Shown one piece after another: positions 33,101-42,842 of a stretch of DNA of 64,000 nt. The DNA comes from an uncultured bacterium (GTDB lineage: Bacteria > Zixibacteria > MSB-5A5 > JAABVY01 > JAHJOQ01): positions 220,217 to 284,216 of the forward strand of contig CBDUQR010000001.1 of the NCBI GenBank assembly GCA_965369655.1, given 5' to 3'. Positions within the stretch are counted from its first letter, which is position 1, and each line of letters opens with the position of its first letter. A model generated the notes under the pieces. It was not told where the DNA came from, ran no database searches, and was given only the letters and a program-made list of their open reading frames with translations. The translations under genes were made by a program, and so were the position numbers.

Positions 33101-33466
33101 GAATTCCAGATAGTCTGTGAGGATGAGATTGCCGAGCCCCTGGCGATATCGCTTGAGTTGCTCGCCATCTCGGATTTTAGGTTTGACCCGCCCGGAGTCT
33201 GATTCGATGGCATCCAGGGACTTGCCAATGTCCTTTGCCTCGATATAGCCGAGCGGTGTCTGACCGTGAGTGATAATAAAATCCGGTGCGCCGCATTTCT
33301 CGCGCTTTGGTTCGTTGGTAGCTTTGATCCCTGTCCGGAATGATTCGATCAGTTCCTTAAGAGCAGGTCGGTAGGTATGTTTAGTTGCATTGCCAGTACG
33401 GAAGTCGCTTCCAATGCTCTTCAAGTAGCGAGCGACAGCCCCAGCTTCGTTATTCGCTTTCGTCAT
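30164..33466 (-). CDS. Single-chain restriction-modification enzyme (type IIG / type ISP-like without helicase): nuclease + N6-adenine MTase + specificity domain
   Basis: N-terminal PD..IEAK, GVYYTP, LDPAVGTGTF, GNPPY, DDYVKFIR, type ISP-like C-terminus YIYAVLHSP.YR..DFPRIP..IGGYQV. Confidence 0.88.
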   Translation of the reverse strand: MTKANNEAGAVARYLKSIGSDFRTGNATKHTYRPALKELIESFRTGIKATNEPKREKCGAPDFIITHGQTPLGYIEAKDIGKSLDAIESDSGRVKPKIRDGEQLKRYRQGLGNLILTDYLEFRWFEGGKHRLTARIASVTADRKLREDKSGIEQFFDLMNEFLVTRVSTVSDPKELAKRMAGLAKILKSTIIEAFGDEDKGGSLHSQLEGFREVLLHDLKPDQFADMYAQTICYGLFSAKCNHPESKSFRRKDAVYALPKTNPFLIEMFDYIAGRRLDERLVWAVDHLVELLNRADLHAILKDFGQRTRREDPVVHFYETFLAAYDPKMRKARGVYYTPEPVVSYIVRSIDHILKTDFGIEDGLADTSKIPVYKTEKNKNGKPLRKKVGECHKVLILDPAVGTGTFLHGVIDHIHEHLVSKGQKGTWSSYVSEHLLPRLFGFELLMAPYAVAHMKLGLQLKELGYDFKSGERLRVYLTNTLEKARDKQIGVPFADIIAEEANQAVEIKSEAPVMVILGNPPYSGHSANKGEWISRLLRGKDTMTGESTANYFEVDGKPLGERNPKWLNDDYVKFIRFAQWRIEKTGYGILAFISNHSYLDNPTFRGMRQSLLTTFDRIHVLDLHGNTKKKEICPDGSKDENVFDIQQGVAVGIFVTGEDRKKSIKVNYGSMWGLREQKYGQLVSENVQNTDWLTLSPSHPHYLFIPQDENLRPEYDRCWLITNVFSLSGSTMTTARNRFSIAYEPETLMHRASDLVSESINDDWLRSEYGLRDVSYWKLSSARDELREADDIENFIKPLCYRPFDFRYVLYHKAVCERLRQDVLGHMVPGNLALLTHRPQSPRDFTFAYCTRMIGDQCVAANKSAGGGNSFQFPLYRCLAHKKHDLFDGDSSTNAQGARRSNLSAEFMEDCAKGLRMTFIPDGKGDLKKTFGPEDVFDYIYAVLHSPTYRSRYAEFLKIDFPRIPLTSKERLFRNLCALGEELVGLHLMEKHGPNLTAYPVDGDHLVEKIRYSEPGAKNPLGRVWINKEQFFEGVAPEVWEFHIGGYQVCQKWLKDRKRRNLSCDDLDHYQHIVSALSETIRLMAEIDEAIENQGGWPIN

Positions 33467-33605
33467 TCCAGGTCAGCTCCATATTCTGGACAGATGTCCT
33501 GTATGCTCTGGCAACGGTGCAATTATCCCTGAATATTGAGACAAAAGCAAGCTCAAATTCGGAGCCAGTGCGACAGGTGACCCACCCCTATACTTCTTCA
33601 GTCGA

Positions 33606-33693
33606 GTAGGGATGAACCCGTAGTGAAGCGGAGTGGTTCAGCCGTCTTAACAAGATGGCAGAACCGCTCCGTTACACTTCGGATTCTACCCTC
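33606..33693. repeat. GTAG-type REP inverted doublet, copy upstream of the RM gene
   Basis: GTAGGGATGAACCCG..GCGGAGTGGTTCAGCCGTC-n7-GATGGCAGAACCGCTCCG..TCTACCCT. Same CAGTCGAGTAGGG flank as at 6653. Confidence 0.75.
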
Positions 33694-33736
33694 TGGCAAT
33701 GTGCGGAAAATGTACATCTTTGATACAAGAATCTTG

Positions 33737-33765
33737 TTGCAAATACAGCGAATGTGCCGTATGTT
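33737..33765 (+). promoter_or_regulatory. Sigma70-type promoter for the putative 6S RNA
   Basis: TTGCAA-N17-TATGTT. Confidence 0.45.
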
Positions 33766-33776
33766 ATATACACATT

Positions 33777-33957
33777 GGAGAGAGTGGGTGGTCGTTTGAT
33801 TTACTAACACTTTACCAATGAAGGTCGCCCCTTGTGAGTTGAAAGGGATGCCGTGACCTCCAGGATGGAGCAGCGTCTCTCAAATACTGCGGTGGCTGTG
33901 AAAACCCTTTACCGTATGTAAACGGTGTTCTTCCAAACGCCCAGTGCCCCTCTCTCC
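33777..33957 (+). ncRNA. ssrS: Putative 6S RNA (about 180-nt rod)
   Basis: End-to-end pairing: GGAGAGAG/CTCTCTCC, CGTTTG/CAAACG, AACAC/GTGTT, TTTAC/GTAAA, a central loosely paired region, TTGA..GGGATGC/GCGTCTC.TCAA, apical CTCCA/TGGAG. No ORF in the track, and a promoter lies just upstream. Confidence 0.55.
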
Positions 33958-34034
33958 TCCTTCTAATTCCCGCGCGTATATTTTTCAGTTTGAATCAATC
34001 ATCGTTGTATTAGAAACAATCTGAGCCGCCAGTG

Positions 34035-34061
34035 TTAACTTCCGGCACATCCGACCGATTA
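34035..34061 (+). promoter_or_regulatory. Sigma28-type promoter for the PilZ gene
   Basis: TTAA-N15-ACCGATTA. Confidence 0.45.
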
Positions 34062-34100
34062 AATGGGAGAAAAGGTCAAACTTTGAACAGGGAGTTCCCG

Positions 34101-34520
34101 ATGGAAAAAACCACTTATGCTGATCGTGCTGGTGGCGCGGAGAGAAGAGAATCGTCTCGCATAAAGCGAAGCATGGCTATCAAAGCTACCCGGATCGAGT
34201 ATCCGATGAGTCTGGTAGTCTCTGCTGAAGGAGCTATGGTCAACCTGTCGCGCGGCGGCGTTCAGTTCACTTGCAGCAAAGAATTCGACTTGAATTCGCT
34301 GGTGCAACTCAATATGACTCTCCCGGGCTGGACGAAACATCATCCTGGATTTATCAGGGTTTACGAGGATTCGATAGGCCGCCCATTCACCGCTGTAGGC
34401 GAGGTTCTGCGCTGTGAGAAATCGGGCGACGATTACAGCATCGCAACACGTTTCGTGAACATCGATCCCGATGATATGATCGGCTTCGAAGGCTATCTGT
34501 CAGCTAAGGATCTTATGTAA
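34101..34520 (+). CDS. PilZ-domain (c-di-GMP-binding) protein
   Basis: RRESSR (RxxxR) and NLSRGG (D/NxSxxG). ATG 34101 follows GGGAG. Confidence 0.8.
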   Translation: MEKTTYADRAGGAERRESSRIKRSMAIKATRIEYPMSLVVSAEGAMVNLSRGGVQFTCSKEFDLNSLVQLNMTLPGWTKHHPGFIRVYEDSIGRPFTAVGEVLRCEKSGDDYSIATRFVNIDPDDMIGFEGYLSAKDLM

Positions 34521-34547
34521 GCCTGACGGTCCGGCTTCGGATGACGT

Positions 34548-35456
34548 TTATTTCAGTGCCTTCCAGACAAAGCCGTCCGCCTCTCGAAGCAGTCTGCGGG
34601 CTGTTGAAGAATCGACTTCTTTAAGAATCATCACGATCGCGGTCTTAACGTTTCTCCGTGACAGCGACAGATATTTCCCTGCCTCTCTGTACGAAACGCC
34701 GGTCACCTCCATCAGGATTCGCTTCGATCTCTCGGTCAGTTTCTCAGATCTCGCTTCGAGATCGACCATGCGATTACCATATGTCTTGCCGAGTCTGACC
34801 ATCGCTGTCGTCGTTATCATATTGAGGATCAACTTTGTCGCCGTGCCAGCCTTCATCCGTGTCGATCCTGTCACGACTTCCGGACCGAGAATCGGGTTGA
34901 CCAGCACATCGACTTTCACAGGCAGGCTCTCGACCGGATTGCAGCAAAGATATATTGTCATTGCCCCGATTTTTCGGGCTTCAGCGACTCCGGCCAGTGT
35001 GTAGGGTGTCCGCCATGATGCCGCGATGCCAACGACAATATCCCCCTTCCGTACGCCGTTTTTCCTGATGTCCGCCCTGGCTGCGGCACGATCGTCTTCA
35101 ACGCCCTCACGGGATCGCACAAGCGTGCGCCTGCCGCCCGCGATAATCCCGGTGACAATCGACGGTTTCACTCCGAATGTCGGTGGACATTCCGATGCAT
35201 CGAGCACACCCAATCGTCCCGATGTTCCCGCGCCTATGTAGAAAAGCCTGCCTCCTGCTCGTAGCGAATCGACGACATGGCGAACAGCCTGCTCTATCTG
35301 AGGGATTGCTTTCCTGACAGCTGGCGCGATCCTGTGATCTTCCGTGTTGATTAGACGCAGGATTTCCCTGATGGAGAGCTTATCGAGATCGGAACTGGAG
35401 GATAGTACGCTTTCGGTGATAAGATTCTGAAGTTCGTTAAAGACTCGTTTTGACAT
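34548..35456 (-). CDS. murQ: N-acetylmuramic acid 6-phosphate etherase
   Basis: GAGTSGRLGVLDASECPPTF, GPEVVTGSTRMKAGTATK, GNRMVD. Confidence 0.95.
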   Translation of the reverse strand: MSKRVFNELQNLITESVLSSSSDLDKLSIREILRLINTEDHRIAPAVRKAIPQIEQAVRHVVDSLRAGGRLFYIGAGTSGRLGVLDASECPPTFGVKPSIVTGIIAGGRRTLVRSREGVEDDRAAARADIRKNGVRKGDIVVGIAASWRTPYTLAGVAEARKIGAMTIYLCCNPVESLPVKVDVLVNPILGPEVVTGSTRMKAGTATKLILNMITTTAMVRLGKTYGNRMVDLEARSEKLTERSKRILMEVTGVSYREAGKYLSLSRRNVKTAIVMILKEVDSSTARRLLREADGFVWKALK

Positions 35457-36224
35457 CTACTGCGGATTTATTCGCGCTACCAGTGTATCGCTTTTCGATA
35501 ATGTCCCGACGCCGATGGTGCCGGAGATATCGTGTCCATCTACATTGCCGGTTGGAAGCTGCATTGTCAATGGAAAAAAGAGACCGGGCCACGAATTGAA
35601 TGTCTCGCGATAAGAAAGAACATAAATGCGATACGTTCCGGGGAGTGGATCATCCGTGCCGTCGGCTTTGCGGAACGCTCCGTCCGGAACCGTTGCTGCA
35701 GTTGTGCCGGTTGTCACGAATTCCGCAATGTCGGGCGCGGCTGCAGCCGAGTCAGGCTTGACCACTGTCAGGATATACCCCTGACTGCTTGCCGAACCGG
35801 TCCATGTCACGGAGACGCTCGGACCGGTGTATTCATAGATATTGTTGGCGGGAATCATGACGTCCACGCTGAATGTATCCGGCAGCATATATGCCTCGGA
35901 GAGTATCTCCTCGTCCGAGACCGTAATCGTCACACTGTGCGAACTACCGGGCGCCAGATGAAGCACTGGATTCGTGAGGGAGTAAATGCCTCCACCGGTG
36001 TGTGGCACGGTGAATGATTTCACCTTCAGAATGGCGTTCGTCAACGGTTCCCCATCTTCGGTCAACTCGAAATACGCAACACTCGAATTGTCATCCGAGT
36101 TATAGAACAGCAGGCCGTTTACGCCATACGCCTTGTCGGTCGGCTGTGTTGCAGTATCATCGCCACACGAAGGCGCGAGAACAATGAGAATCAGGACCGT
36201 CAGTATGTACCGTTTGTATACCAT
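35457..36224 (-). CDS. Hypothetical lipoprotein
   Basis: Signal peptide II-like LAPSC. Stop abuts the murQ start. Confidence 0.65.
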   Translation of the reverse strand: MVYKRYILTVLILIVLAPSCGDDTATQPTDKAYGVNGLLFYNSDDNSSVAYFELTEDGEPLTNAILKVKSFTVPHTGGGIYSLTNPVLHLAPGSSHSVTITVSDEEILSEAYMLPDTFSVDVMIPANNIYEYTGPSVSVTWTGSASSQGYILTVVKPDSAAAAPDIAEFVTTGTTAATVPDGAFRKADGTDDPLPGTYRIYVLSYRETFNSWPGLFFPLTMQLPTGNVDGHDISGTIGVGTLSKSDTLVARINPQ

Positions 36225-36304
36225 CTTCTATTGTATCGGCATGGCGCAGGTGGAAAATAAGCCGAACTGACATCGTGCCCCAGAAAAATCGCCTGGCTTT
36301 TCGC

Positions 36305-36332
36305 TTGACAATTCGCTAGCTGTGGCTATTTT
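36305..36332 (+). promoter_or_regulatory. Sigma70 promoter of the rpmH operon
   Basis: TTGACA-N16-TATTTT. Confidence 0.5.
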
Positions 36333-36359
36333 GTTCGGTTTGATGATGAGGAATATGAT

Positions 36360-36515
36360 ATGAAAAGAACATTTCAGCCGTCGCGTAGAAAGCGACTAAA
36401 TGATCACGGTTTCAGAAAGCGCATGTCGACCAAGGGTGGGCGGGCGATTATTAAACGCCGTCGCGCTAAGGGCCGTAAACGCTTGACGCCAAGTGTCCCC
36501 AAGAAAGTCAGGTAA
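36360..36515 (+). CDS. rpmH: 50S ribosomal protein L34 (missing from the ORF track)
   Basis: Manual translation [51 protein letters not shown]. Confidence 0.97.
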   Translation: MKRTFQPSRRKRLNDHGFRKRMSTKGGRAIIKRRRAKGRKRLTPSVPKKVR

Positions 36516-36846
36516 TCTCAGATTCGGCCGGGAATTCAGCCTTAAGAAGAGTCCCCTGATCAGACGAATTGTGACGACGGGATCGAGGTATTCCGGACGG
36601 CTGTTGGACATAAGGTTTGTGACCGGAGATGACCTGCGCAGACAATTCTGCGTCAGGACTCCAAAGCGAATCGGAATCGCTGTCACGAGAAACAGGCTCA
36701 AGAGGGTTGTGCGGGAGGCTATCAGGTTGCGTTTGGATATGTTCGACTTGGGCCTGCGCGCCGTAATTCGAGTCAAATATGCACCGGATCGGGATGTTTC
36801 CGCACTTGTTGAATCTGATCTAACGGGATTCCTGAAAAATGCGTAA
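36493..36846 (+). CDS. rnpA: RNase P protein component
   Basis: [18 protein letters not shown] motif and synteny. Confidence 0.9.
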   Translation: MSPRKSGNLRFGREFSLKKSPLIRRIVTTGSRYSGRLLDIRFVTGDDLRRQFCVRTPKRIGIAVTRNRLKRVVREAIRLRLDMFDLGLRAVIRVKYAPDRDVSALVESDLTGFLKNA

Positions 36847-37060
36847 AGTGCTCAGTCTGCCACTCATAGCAATAATCAGGCTTTATCAGTACACGATTTC
36901 TCCGCTGTTTGGACCTGTCTGCAGATTCGAGCCATCCTGTTCGCATTACGCTATCGATGCTGTCACAAAGTATGGTCCTCTGAAGGGATCTGTGATGGCT
37001 GTTCGCCGAATTCTGCGGTGCCATCCTCTCAACGATGGTGGTTATGACCCTGTGAAGTAG
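36839..37060 (+). CDS. yidD: Membrane protein insertion efficiency factor
   Basis: [23 protein letters not shown]. Confidence 0.95.
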   Translation: MRKVLSLPLIAIIRLYQYTISPLFGPVCRFEPSCSHYAIDAVTKYGPLKGSVMAVRRILRCHPLNDGGYDPVK

Positions 37061-37066
37061 GTAATC

Positions 37067-38752
37067 ATGGATCGAAACTACACAATCGGATTGATTCTCA
37101 TTGGGCTTGTGTTTGTTGCATGGATGGTGTTCATGTCGCCGCAGTCCCGTCAGCCTGAGCCGACAATGGCAACTGATACACTAACAACTGCTTATGACAC
37201 GGTGCGATATGCAGACGAAGTTACCGAACCTCGCATCGGATCAGGGCCTGATACGCTAGCAGCTGTTGCGGATACTTTGCCTGAAGAGTTTGTCACCGTG
37301 GAGACCGATGTTTATACGGCCAGGCTATCGAGTCGCGGAGCTGGTCTGACAAGTTTCATCCTCAGGAAATTCGATTATCCGGAGGGTGAGCCGATTGAAA
37401 TGATTCATTCGGACGGGCTGGCAGTTCCCAATCTCAGATTCAATCGCGGGGAACTGAACCTCGAACAGGTCGGCTTCAGTGTTGATAAATCCATGATCAG
37501 CCTCTCCGGAACGGAATCTGAGAAACTGAAGTTCTCATATACTTTTCCGACCGGCGAGACTCTGACCAAGACCTACAGATTTTTCGGCGACAAGTACTCG
37601 TTCGATCTTGAGTTGGAGATCAATGGCATTGGCACGCTCGATCTCAGGGACTATTACGAGATATATTTCGAACCGGGGCTCGAACCGACCGAGAAGAAAA
37701 TCGAGGATGACCTGGGAAGTTTCAAGGCATACGCGCTCCTCGGCGATGACATCGAGAGCTTTGATGATTTCGACGATGGTGGCCGGATCACAGAGGACCT
37801 CGATGGCGTAGTTGATTGGATTTCAACGCGTTCGAAGTTTTTTACCGTTGCGCTGATGCCGCAGACACGTGATGCTTCCGGCATGCGCCTCGAGGGTTCC
37901 CGCAGATCGCACGACGAGGACAGAGGCGTTATCGGATACAGCCACATCGGTATTGCCCTCAAGATGCGACTGGGCCAGCGGGACAATCTATTCGACGCCT
38001 TCACGATCTACGTCGGTCCGCTCGACTATAACATTCTGAGCGAATACGGCAACAGCATCGAGAATACTCTCGATCTCGGCTGGTCGGTCATACGGCCGTT
38101 CTCGAAGTTCATAACATGGTTCCTGGTCTGGCTTCACAAGACTATTCCCAACTATGGCGTGGTCATAATTCTCTTTACCGTTCTTATCAAGCTGATTTTC
38201 TCTCCGCTCAGCTTGATGTCGATGAAGTCGATGCGCAGGATGCAGACAATCCAGCCATTGATGAACGAAATCAAGGAGAAGTACAAAAAAGACCCGCAGA
38301 AGATGAATCAGGAAGTCATGAAGCTGTACAAGCAGGAAAAGGTGAACCCGATCGGCGGGTGCCTTCCGATGCTGCCTCAGATTCCGATTTTCTTCGCGCT
38401 GTTCACAGTTTTCCAAAGTACCATCGAGTTCAGGGGTGCGCCGTTTATCCTCTGGATGCAGGACCTCTCGCAGCCGGATGAACTCTACATTCTCCCGGTC
38501 ATCATGGCTGTCACGATGTTTGTGCAGCAAAAGATTACTATGAAAGACCCAAAGCAGAAGATGATGGTATACATTTTCCCCGCGCTTTTTCTCTGGTGGG
38601 GAATCACGTTCCCATCCGGGCTGGTCCTCTACTGGACCGTCTTCAATATATTCGGTCTGTTGGAAGCGGTCTTTGTTCATAAAAGGCATCTGCCCGTCAC
38701 TGCTAAAGCCGTACCGGTAGCCGATGTCAAACCATCCAGACAAAAAAAATAG
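37067..38752 (+). CDS. yidC: Membrane protein insertase
   Basis: NYGVVIILFT, NPIGGCLPML.Q.PIF, DLSQPD, PSGLVLYW. Confidence 0.95.
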   Translation: MDRNYTIGLILIGLVFVAWMVFMSPQSRQPEPTMATDTLTTAYDTVRYADEVTEPRIGSGPDTLAAVADTLPEEFVTVETDVYTARLSSRGAGLTSFILRKFDYPEGEPIEMIHSDGLAVPNLRFNRGELNLEQVGFSVDKSMISLSGTESEKLKFSYTFPTGETLTKTYRFFGDKYSFDLELEINGIGTLDLRDYYEIYFEPGLEPTEKKIEDDLGSFKAYALLGDDIESFDDFDDGGRITEDLDGVVDWISTRSKFFTVALMPQTRDASGMRLEGSRRSHDEDRGVIGYSHIGIALKMRLGQRDNLFDAFTIYVGPLDYNILSEYGNSIENTLDLGWSVIRPFSKFITWFLVWLHKTIPNYGVVIILFTVLIKLIFSPLSLMSMKSMRRMQTIQPLMNEIKEKYKKDPQKMNQEVMKLYKQEKVNPIGGCLPMLPQIPIFFALFTVFQSTIEFRGAPFILWMQDLSQPDELYILPVIMAVTMFVQQKITMKDPKQKMMVYIFPALFLWWGITFPSGLVLYWTVFNIFGLLEAVFVHKRHLPVTAKAVPVADVKPSRQKK

Positions 38753-40124
38753 CGAGACTATCGCTGCTGTAGCAACTCCTCTCGGAAGGGGAGGTATTCA
38801 TGTCGTGCGCCTTTCCGGACCCGAGACGAGGGCTATTGCTGATCGGGTCTTCGATGGCTCGACTCTCCTTTCGACTGCGGCGACGCACACGGCTCATTAC
38901 GGGAAGATCATCGACCCGGAATCGGGAATCCATCTCGACGATGTAATCGCGGTGACCATGTGGGAACCTCGATCGTACACCCGCGAAGATACTGTCGAAT
39001 TCTCCACTCATGGCAGCCCGTTTATTTCGATTCAGCTTGTCGAGTTGCTGGTACGATGCGGTGCGAGACTTGCGGAGCCGGGCGAATTCACTCTGCGCGC
39101 TTTCCTGAACGGACGGATTGATCTTTCACAAGCGGAAGCGATTGCGGATCTAATATCCGCCGATACGCAGTTGAGCCACCGGGTGGCCATGTCGCAGCTC
39201 GAAGGCAGAGTTTCTGAACATGTCAATTCATTACGCGACAACTTGTTACAGTCACTTGCGCTGATCGAGACATACACCGATTTTCCCGAGGAGGAAATCG
39301 CTCGCTCGCATTTTTACCAGATCGAAAGCTCAATGGCAGCCGCTTGCGAGGAAATCGAATCGCTTATCGAGTCGTTTGAATGTGGCAGGATACTGAAGGA
39401 TGGTCTCGTTATCGCCATAGTCGGACCTCCCAATGCGGGCAAATCATCTCTCTTCAACTACCTTCTCGACCATGAGCGAACAATCGTGGCATCGCAGCCC
39501 GGCACCACCAGAGATTCTGTCTCGGAAACAGTCAGCATTGACGGATTGATGGTGGAATTGATCGACACTGCGGGAATTCATGATACATTGGACCCTATCG
39601 ACAGAGCAGCAGTAGAGCGCAGCAGGAGTGAGATTATCGGCGCGGATGTTCTGATCGGCATTGTCGACGGTCTCTCAGACAATGTCGATGAACAGCTTCG
39701 AGAAATCTCGACGCTTGCGCCTGACAAGACGACAATTCGTGTGCTGAACAAAATTGATGTCATGGATGACGACAAGATCGAAGCAATCAGGTCTTTACTT
39801 CCTGACGATGTTCAATATATTTCTGCGGTCACTGGCGAGGGAACCGACGCCCTGAAGAGAGCGTTGATTCGACATGCGTTTCCTGACGGCAAACTCTCCG
39901 ATAAGGGCGAGGTCAGGATATCGTCGGTTCGTCACAGGGACGCGCTCAGCAGATCGCGCTCGCAGTTACGCTCGGCTATCGACACACTGCGGGAGGGTCG
40001 CGGACCGGAACTGGTGGCATTCGAGTTGAGACTTGCAGCAGATCAGCTCGGATTGATCGTGGGCAAGTTGACGCCCGACGATATACTGGATCAGATATTC
40101 AGCCGATTCTGTATCGGTAAATAG
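38724..40124 (+). CDS. mnmE: tRNA modification GTPase
   Basis: TIAAVATP, PGEFTLRAFLNG, GPPNAGKSS, DTAG, FCIGK. Confidence 0.96.
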   Translation: MSNHPDKKNSETIAAVATPLGRGGIHVVRLSGPETRAIADRVFDGSTLLSTAATHTAHYGKIIDPESGIHLDDVIAVTMWEPRSYTREDTVEFSTHGSPFISIQLVELLVRCGARLAEPGEFTLRAFLNGRIDLSQAEAIADLISADTQLSHRVAMSQLEGRVSEHVNSLRDNLLQSLALIETYTDFPEEEIARSHFYQIESSMAAACEEIESLIESFECGRILKDGLVIAIVGPPNAGKSSLFNYLLDHERTIVASQPGTTRDSVSETVSIDGLMVELIDTAGIHDTLDPIDRAAVERSRSEIIGADVLIGIVDGLSDNVDEQLREISTLAPDKTTIRVLNKIDVMDDDKIEAIRSLLPDDVQYISAVTGEGTDALKRALIRHAFPDGKLSDKGEVRISSVRHRDALSRSRSQLRSAIDTLREGRGPELVAFELRLAADQLGLIVGKLTPDDILDQIFSRFCIGK

Positions 40125-40128
40125 GTTT

Positions 40129-40144
40129 CGTTTCACGTGAAACA
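40129..40144. promoter_or_regulatory. parS site
   Basis: CGTTTCACGTGAAACA, one mismatch to TGTTTCACGTGAAACA. Confidence 0.85.
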
Positions 40145-40193
40145 TGAGTGAATCAAATAACGCCATCTTCTTATATGTCAGGTTATTGCGGTA

Positions 40194-42044
40194 ATGTTTG
40201 GATCGTTTGACATTGTCGTTGTCGGCGGCGGTCATGCCGGGATCGAGGCAGCCTTAGCCGCTGCTCGAATGGGCTGCGCCGTGGCGCTCGTGACGCTCCG
40301 CGAGGATCGCATCGGACAGATGTCGTGCAATCCCGCCATCGGAGGACTCGCAAAAGGGCAACTCGTCAAAGAGCTGGATGCGCTCGGCGGAGAGATGGGG
40401 CTGGCAATCGACCGCACAGGGATACAGTTCCGAATGCTCAACCTGTCGAAAGGTCCCGCCGTCTGGTCCTCCAGGGCACAAGCCGACAGGATTGCCTATC
40501 GAGACTATATGCGTCAGACGATCCGAGACAACGAGAATATCGAAGTTATCGAGGATGCGGTCGTGTCGGTCGGAACATCGGGCGGCAGTGTCAGGAGTGT
40601 AGAGTTGGCGGGCGGAAAGACGATTCCATGCAGAGCCGTAGTCCTGACCGGCGGCACATTTCTGAACGGCATTATTCATATCGGCGCGGATAGTCGAGCG
40701 GCGGGCCGGATCGACGAGGAACCGTCACTCGGTCTCTCCGATCAACTCCAGAGCCTCGGATTCAAAGCCGGAAGGCTGAAGACAGGAACCCCGCCCCGGC
40801 TCGATGGCAAAACGGTTGATTTCAATGTTCTCGATGAGCAATTCGGTGACAAGACTTTTCCACTGTTTTCTGTGAGATCGACTGCCCCCGGCAACAACAC
40901 GGCAAGTTGCTGGATTACATATACTAATGAAACAACGCACAGCTTCATTCGAGACAACATCCACAGATCGGCGCTCTACTCAGGTCGCATCAGGGGCATC
41001 GGCCCCCGCTACTGTCCGTCTATCGAGGATAAAATCGTCAGATTCAGCGACAAGCCACGGCATCAGCTTTTCCTCGAACCGGAGGGCAACGGTACTGACG
41101 AGGTGTATCCGAATGGATTTGCGACGAGCCTGCCGGAAGATATTCAGCTCCGCGCGATCAGGACTATCCCCGGACTTGAATCTGCCGAGATCACTGTCCC
41201 CGGCTATGCGGTTGAGTACGATTTCTTCTTCCCTCATCAGATAAGGCCAACCACCGAGACGAAGCTGATCGATGGGCTTTATTTCACGGGGCAGATAAAC
41301 GGCACTTCGGGCTACGAGGAAGCCGCAGCGCAGGGGATCATTTCCGGCATAAATGCTGTCCTCAAGTTGCGAGGGCAGCCGGAATTCACGCTCGACAGGT
41401 CGGAGGCTTACATAGGAGTCCTGCTTGACGACCTTGCGACCAAATCGACCGAGGAACCGTACCGAATGTTCACATCGCGCGCTGAGTATCGACTCGCGCT
41501 GCGCGAGGACAATGCTGCGGAGAGATTGATCGAGCATGGTTTCCGTTTCGGCTTGATTTCGGGATATATCTATGACAGGGAAACAGCACGGGTACAGATG
41601 GTTAGAGAGGAATCCAAACGTCTCGAATCTGTTTTTGTGTCGGTCGGGCAGCTTTTCGACGACCGGAGCGAAAACGGAAGGCGAAAGATATCCATGGCTA
41701 CCGCACTGAGAATGCCGTCCACGAAGCTTGCTGATATAGAGAAGCATGACTCGCAATTGAGCGCACTGCCGGCGGAAGTCAAGCAGGGGATCCAGATCAG
41801 GATCATGTACAGCGGCTATCTTAAGCAACAGGAACGCGAGATTGAGAGATTCAGGAAGCTTGAACATCGCGCAATTCCTGATTCATTTCCGTACGATGAC
41901 CTTACCGGGCTAAAGACAGAGGCCAAAGAAAAACTAAGTCGCCTGAAGCCGGGTTCTCTCGGGCAGGCCTCAAGGATTTCCGGTGTCAGCCCCGGTGATA
42001 TTAGTGTTCTGATGGTGCATTTGAAGCGTCTGGCCGCCATCTGA
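40194..42044 (+). CDS. mnmG: tRNA uridine-5-carboxymethylaminomethyl modification enzyme
   Basis: [38 protein letters not shown]. Confidence 0.97.
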   Translation: MFGSFDIVVVGGGHAGIEAALAAARMGCAVALVTLREDRIGQMSCNPAIGGLAKGQLVKELDALGGEMGLAIDRTGIQFRMLNLSKGPAVWSSRAQADRIAYRDYMRQTIRDNENIEVIEDAVVSVGTSGGSVRSVELAGGKTIPCRAVVLTGGTFLNGIIHIGADSRAAGRIDEEPSLGLSDQLQSLGFKAGRLKTGTPPRLDGKTVDFNVLDEQFGDKTFPLFSVRSTAPGNNTASCWITYTNETTHSFIRDNIHRSALYSGRIRGIGPRYCPSIEDKIVRFSDKPRHQLFLEPEGNGTDEVYPNGFATSLPEDIQLRAIRTIPGLESAEITVPGYAVEYDFFFPHQIRPTTETKLIDGLYFTGQINGTSGYEEAAAQGIISGINAVLKLRGQPEFTLDRSEAYIGVLLDDLATKSTEEPYRMFTSRAEYRLALREDNAAERLIEHGFRFGLISGYIYDRETARVQMVREESKRLESVFVSVGQLFDDRSENGRRKISMATALRMPSTKLADIEKHDSQLSALPAEVKQGIQIRIMYSGYLKQQEREIERFRKLEHRAIPDSFPYDDLTGLKTEAKEKLSRLKPGSLGQASRISGVSPGDISVLMVHLKRLAAI

Positions 42045-42081
42045 ATAATCTGAATTTCAAGAGCTTACCGATTTAGAGACT

Positions 42082-42753
42082 ATGCCCGTTTCACGTGAAA
42101 CGCACGACTGGAAACTTTGCTGGCGGGATAAGCTCCGCACTCTGTTGAGAGAACTGCCCGCGCCACCGATTGAATCCGCCGTAGAAAAGCTTGAGCTAGT
42201 CGCGGAACTGATTCTCAAGAAGAACGAGATTCTGCACCTCGTCTCTCAGCGGTCTCCTGAGCGAGAAGTCGTGAAGCAGATCATCGACTCGGCATCGGTC
42301 GGCTCAATCCTGTCGCTGCTCCCCGGGTGTCGGCTTCTCGATGTCGGGAGCGGGGCCGGTTTTCCCGGCATAGTCCTCAAGGTGCTCTTCCCTGCCATAC
42401 ATCTCATCTCCCTCGATTCTGCCCCACGCAAGATCGCGTTCCAGCGAGAAGCGTCATCAATGCTTGGTATCGAGGCGGAATTCATTGCCGGAGACTTCAG
42501 GCAAGTCGAGCTCGCTATGCAGGCGGACATCGTGATAGCAAAGGCGCTTGGTTCTCACGACGTGGTCATCAGGAGATCGAGGCGATGGCTTCGACCGGGT
42601 GGCTGGCTGGTTATCTTTCAGGGGCGCGATATCGACAACAGAATCCTGTCGTCTGTACAGCGCTACCCGGAGTTTTCAGAAATATACGGCATGCCTTATT
42701 ACATCCCTGAGTTCGATACGACCCACCACCTTGCAATGATTTGCAAAAAATGA
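42082..42753 (+). CDS. rsmG: 16S rRNA m7G527 methyltransferase (start uncertain)
   Basis: LLDVGSGAGFPG and position between mnmG and parA. Confidence 0.85.
   Translation: MPVSRETHDWKLCWRDKLRTLLRELPAPPIESAVEKLELVAELILKKNEILHLVSQRSPEREVVKQIIDSASVGSILSLLPGCRLLDVGSGAGFPGIVLKVLFPAIHLISLDSAPRKIAFQREASSMLGIEAEFIAGDFRQVELAMQADIVIAKALGSHDVVIRRSRRWLRPGGWLVIFQGRDIDNRILSSVQRYPEFSEIYGMPYYIPEFDTTHHLAMICKK
42087..42102. promoter_or_regulatory. parS site
   Basis: Perfect palindrome CGTTTCACGTGAAACG. Confidence 0.85.
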
Positions 42754-42760
42754 AAGTTTT

Positions 42761-42791
42761 TGTTGAACCCTGTTCAACATGTTGTTATAAG
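42761..42791 (+). promoter_or_regulatory. parAB promoter overlapped by an inverted repeat
   Basis: TTGAAC-N17-TATAAG; TGTTGAAC-cct-GTTCAACA. Confidence 0.45.
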
Positions 42792-42842
42792 AAGGTTCAA
42801 GCTGCTGCTTAATAGTGTCTTAGGCAGATAGGAGAGTCGTTC

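Noticed and set aside
36233-36259. Additional sigma28-like sites (here, 26617-26643 and 51810-51836)
   Set aside because: The -10 elements are plausible but the -35 elements are poor, so they are not counted in the regulon.
40980-41867. 295-aa minus-strand ORF, and similar shadows over yidC, PorV, M16, nnr and lon
   Set aside because: Antisense to well-supported conserved genes.
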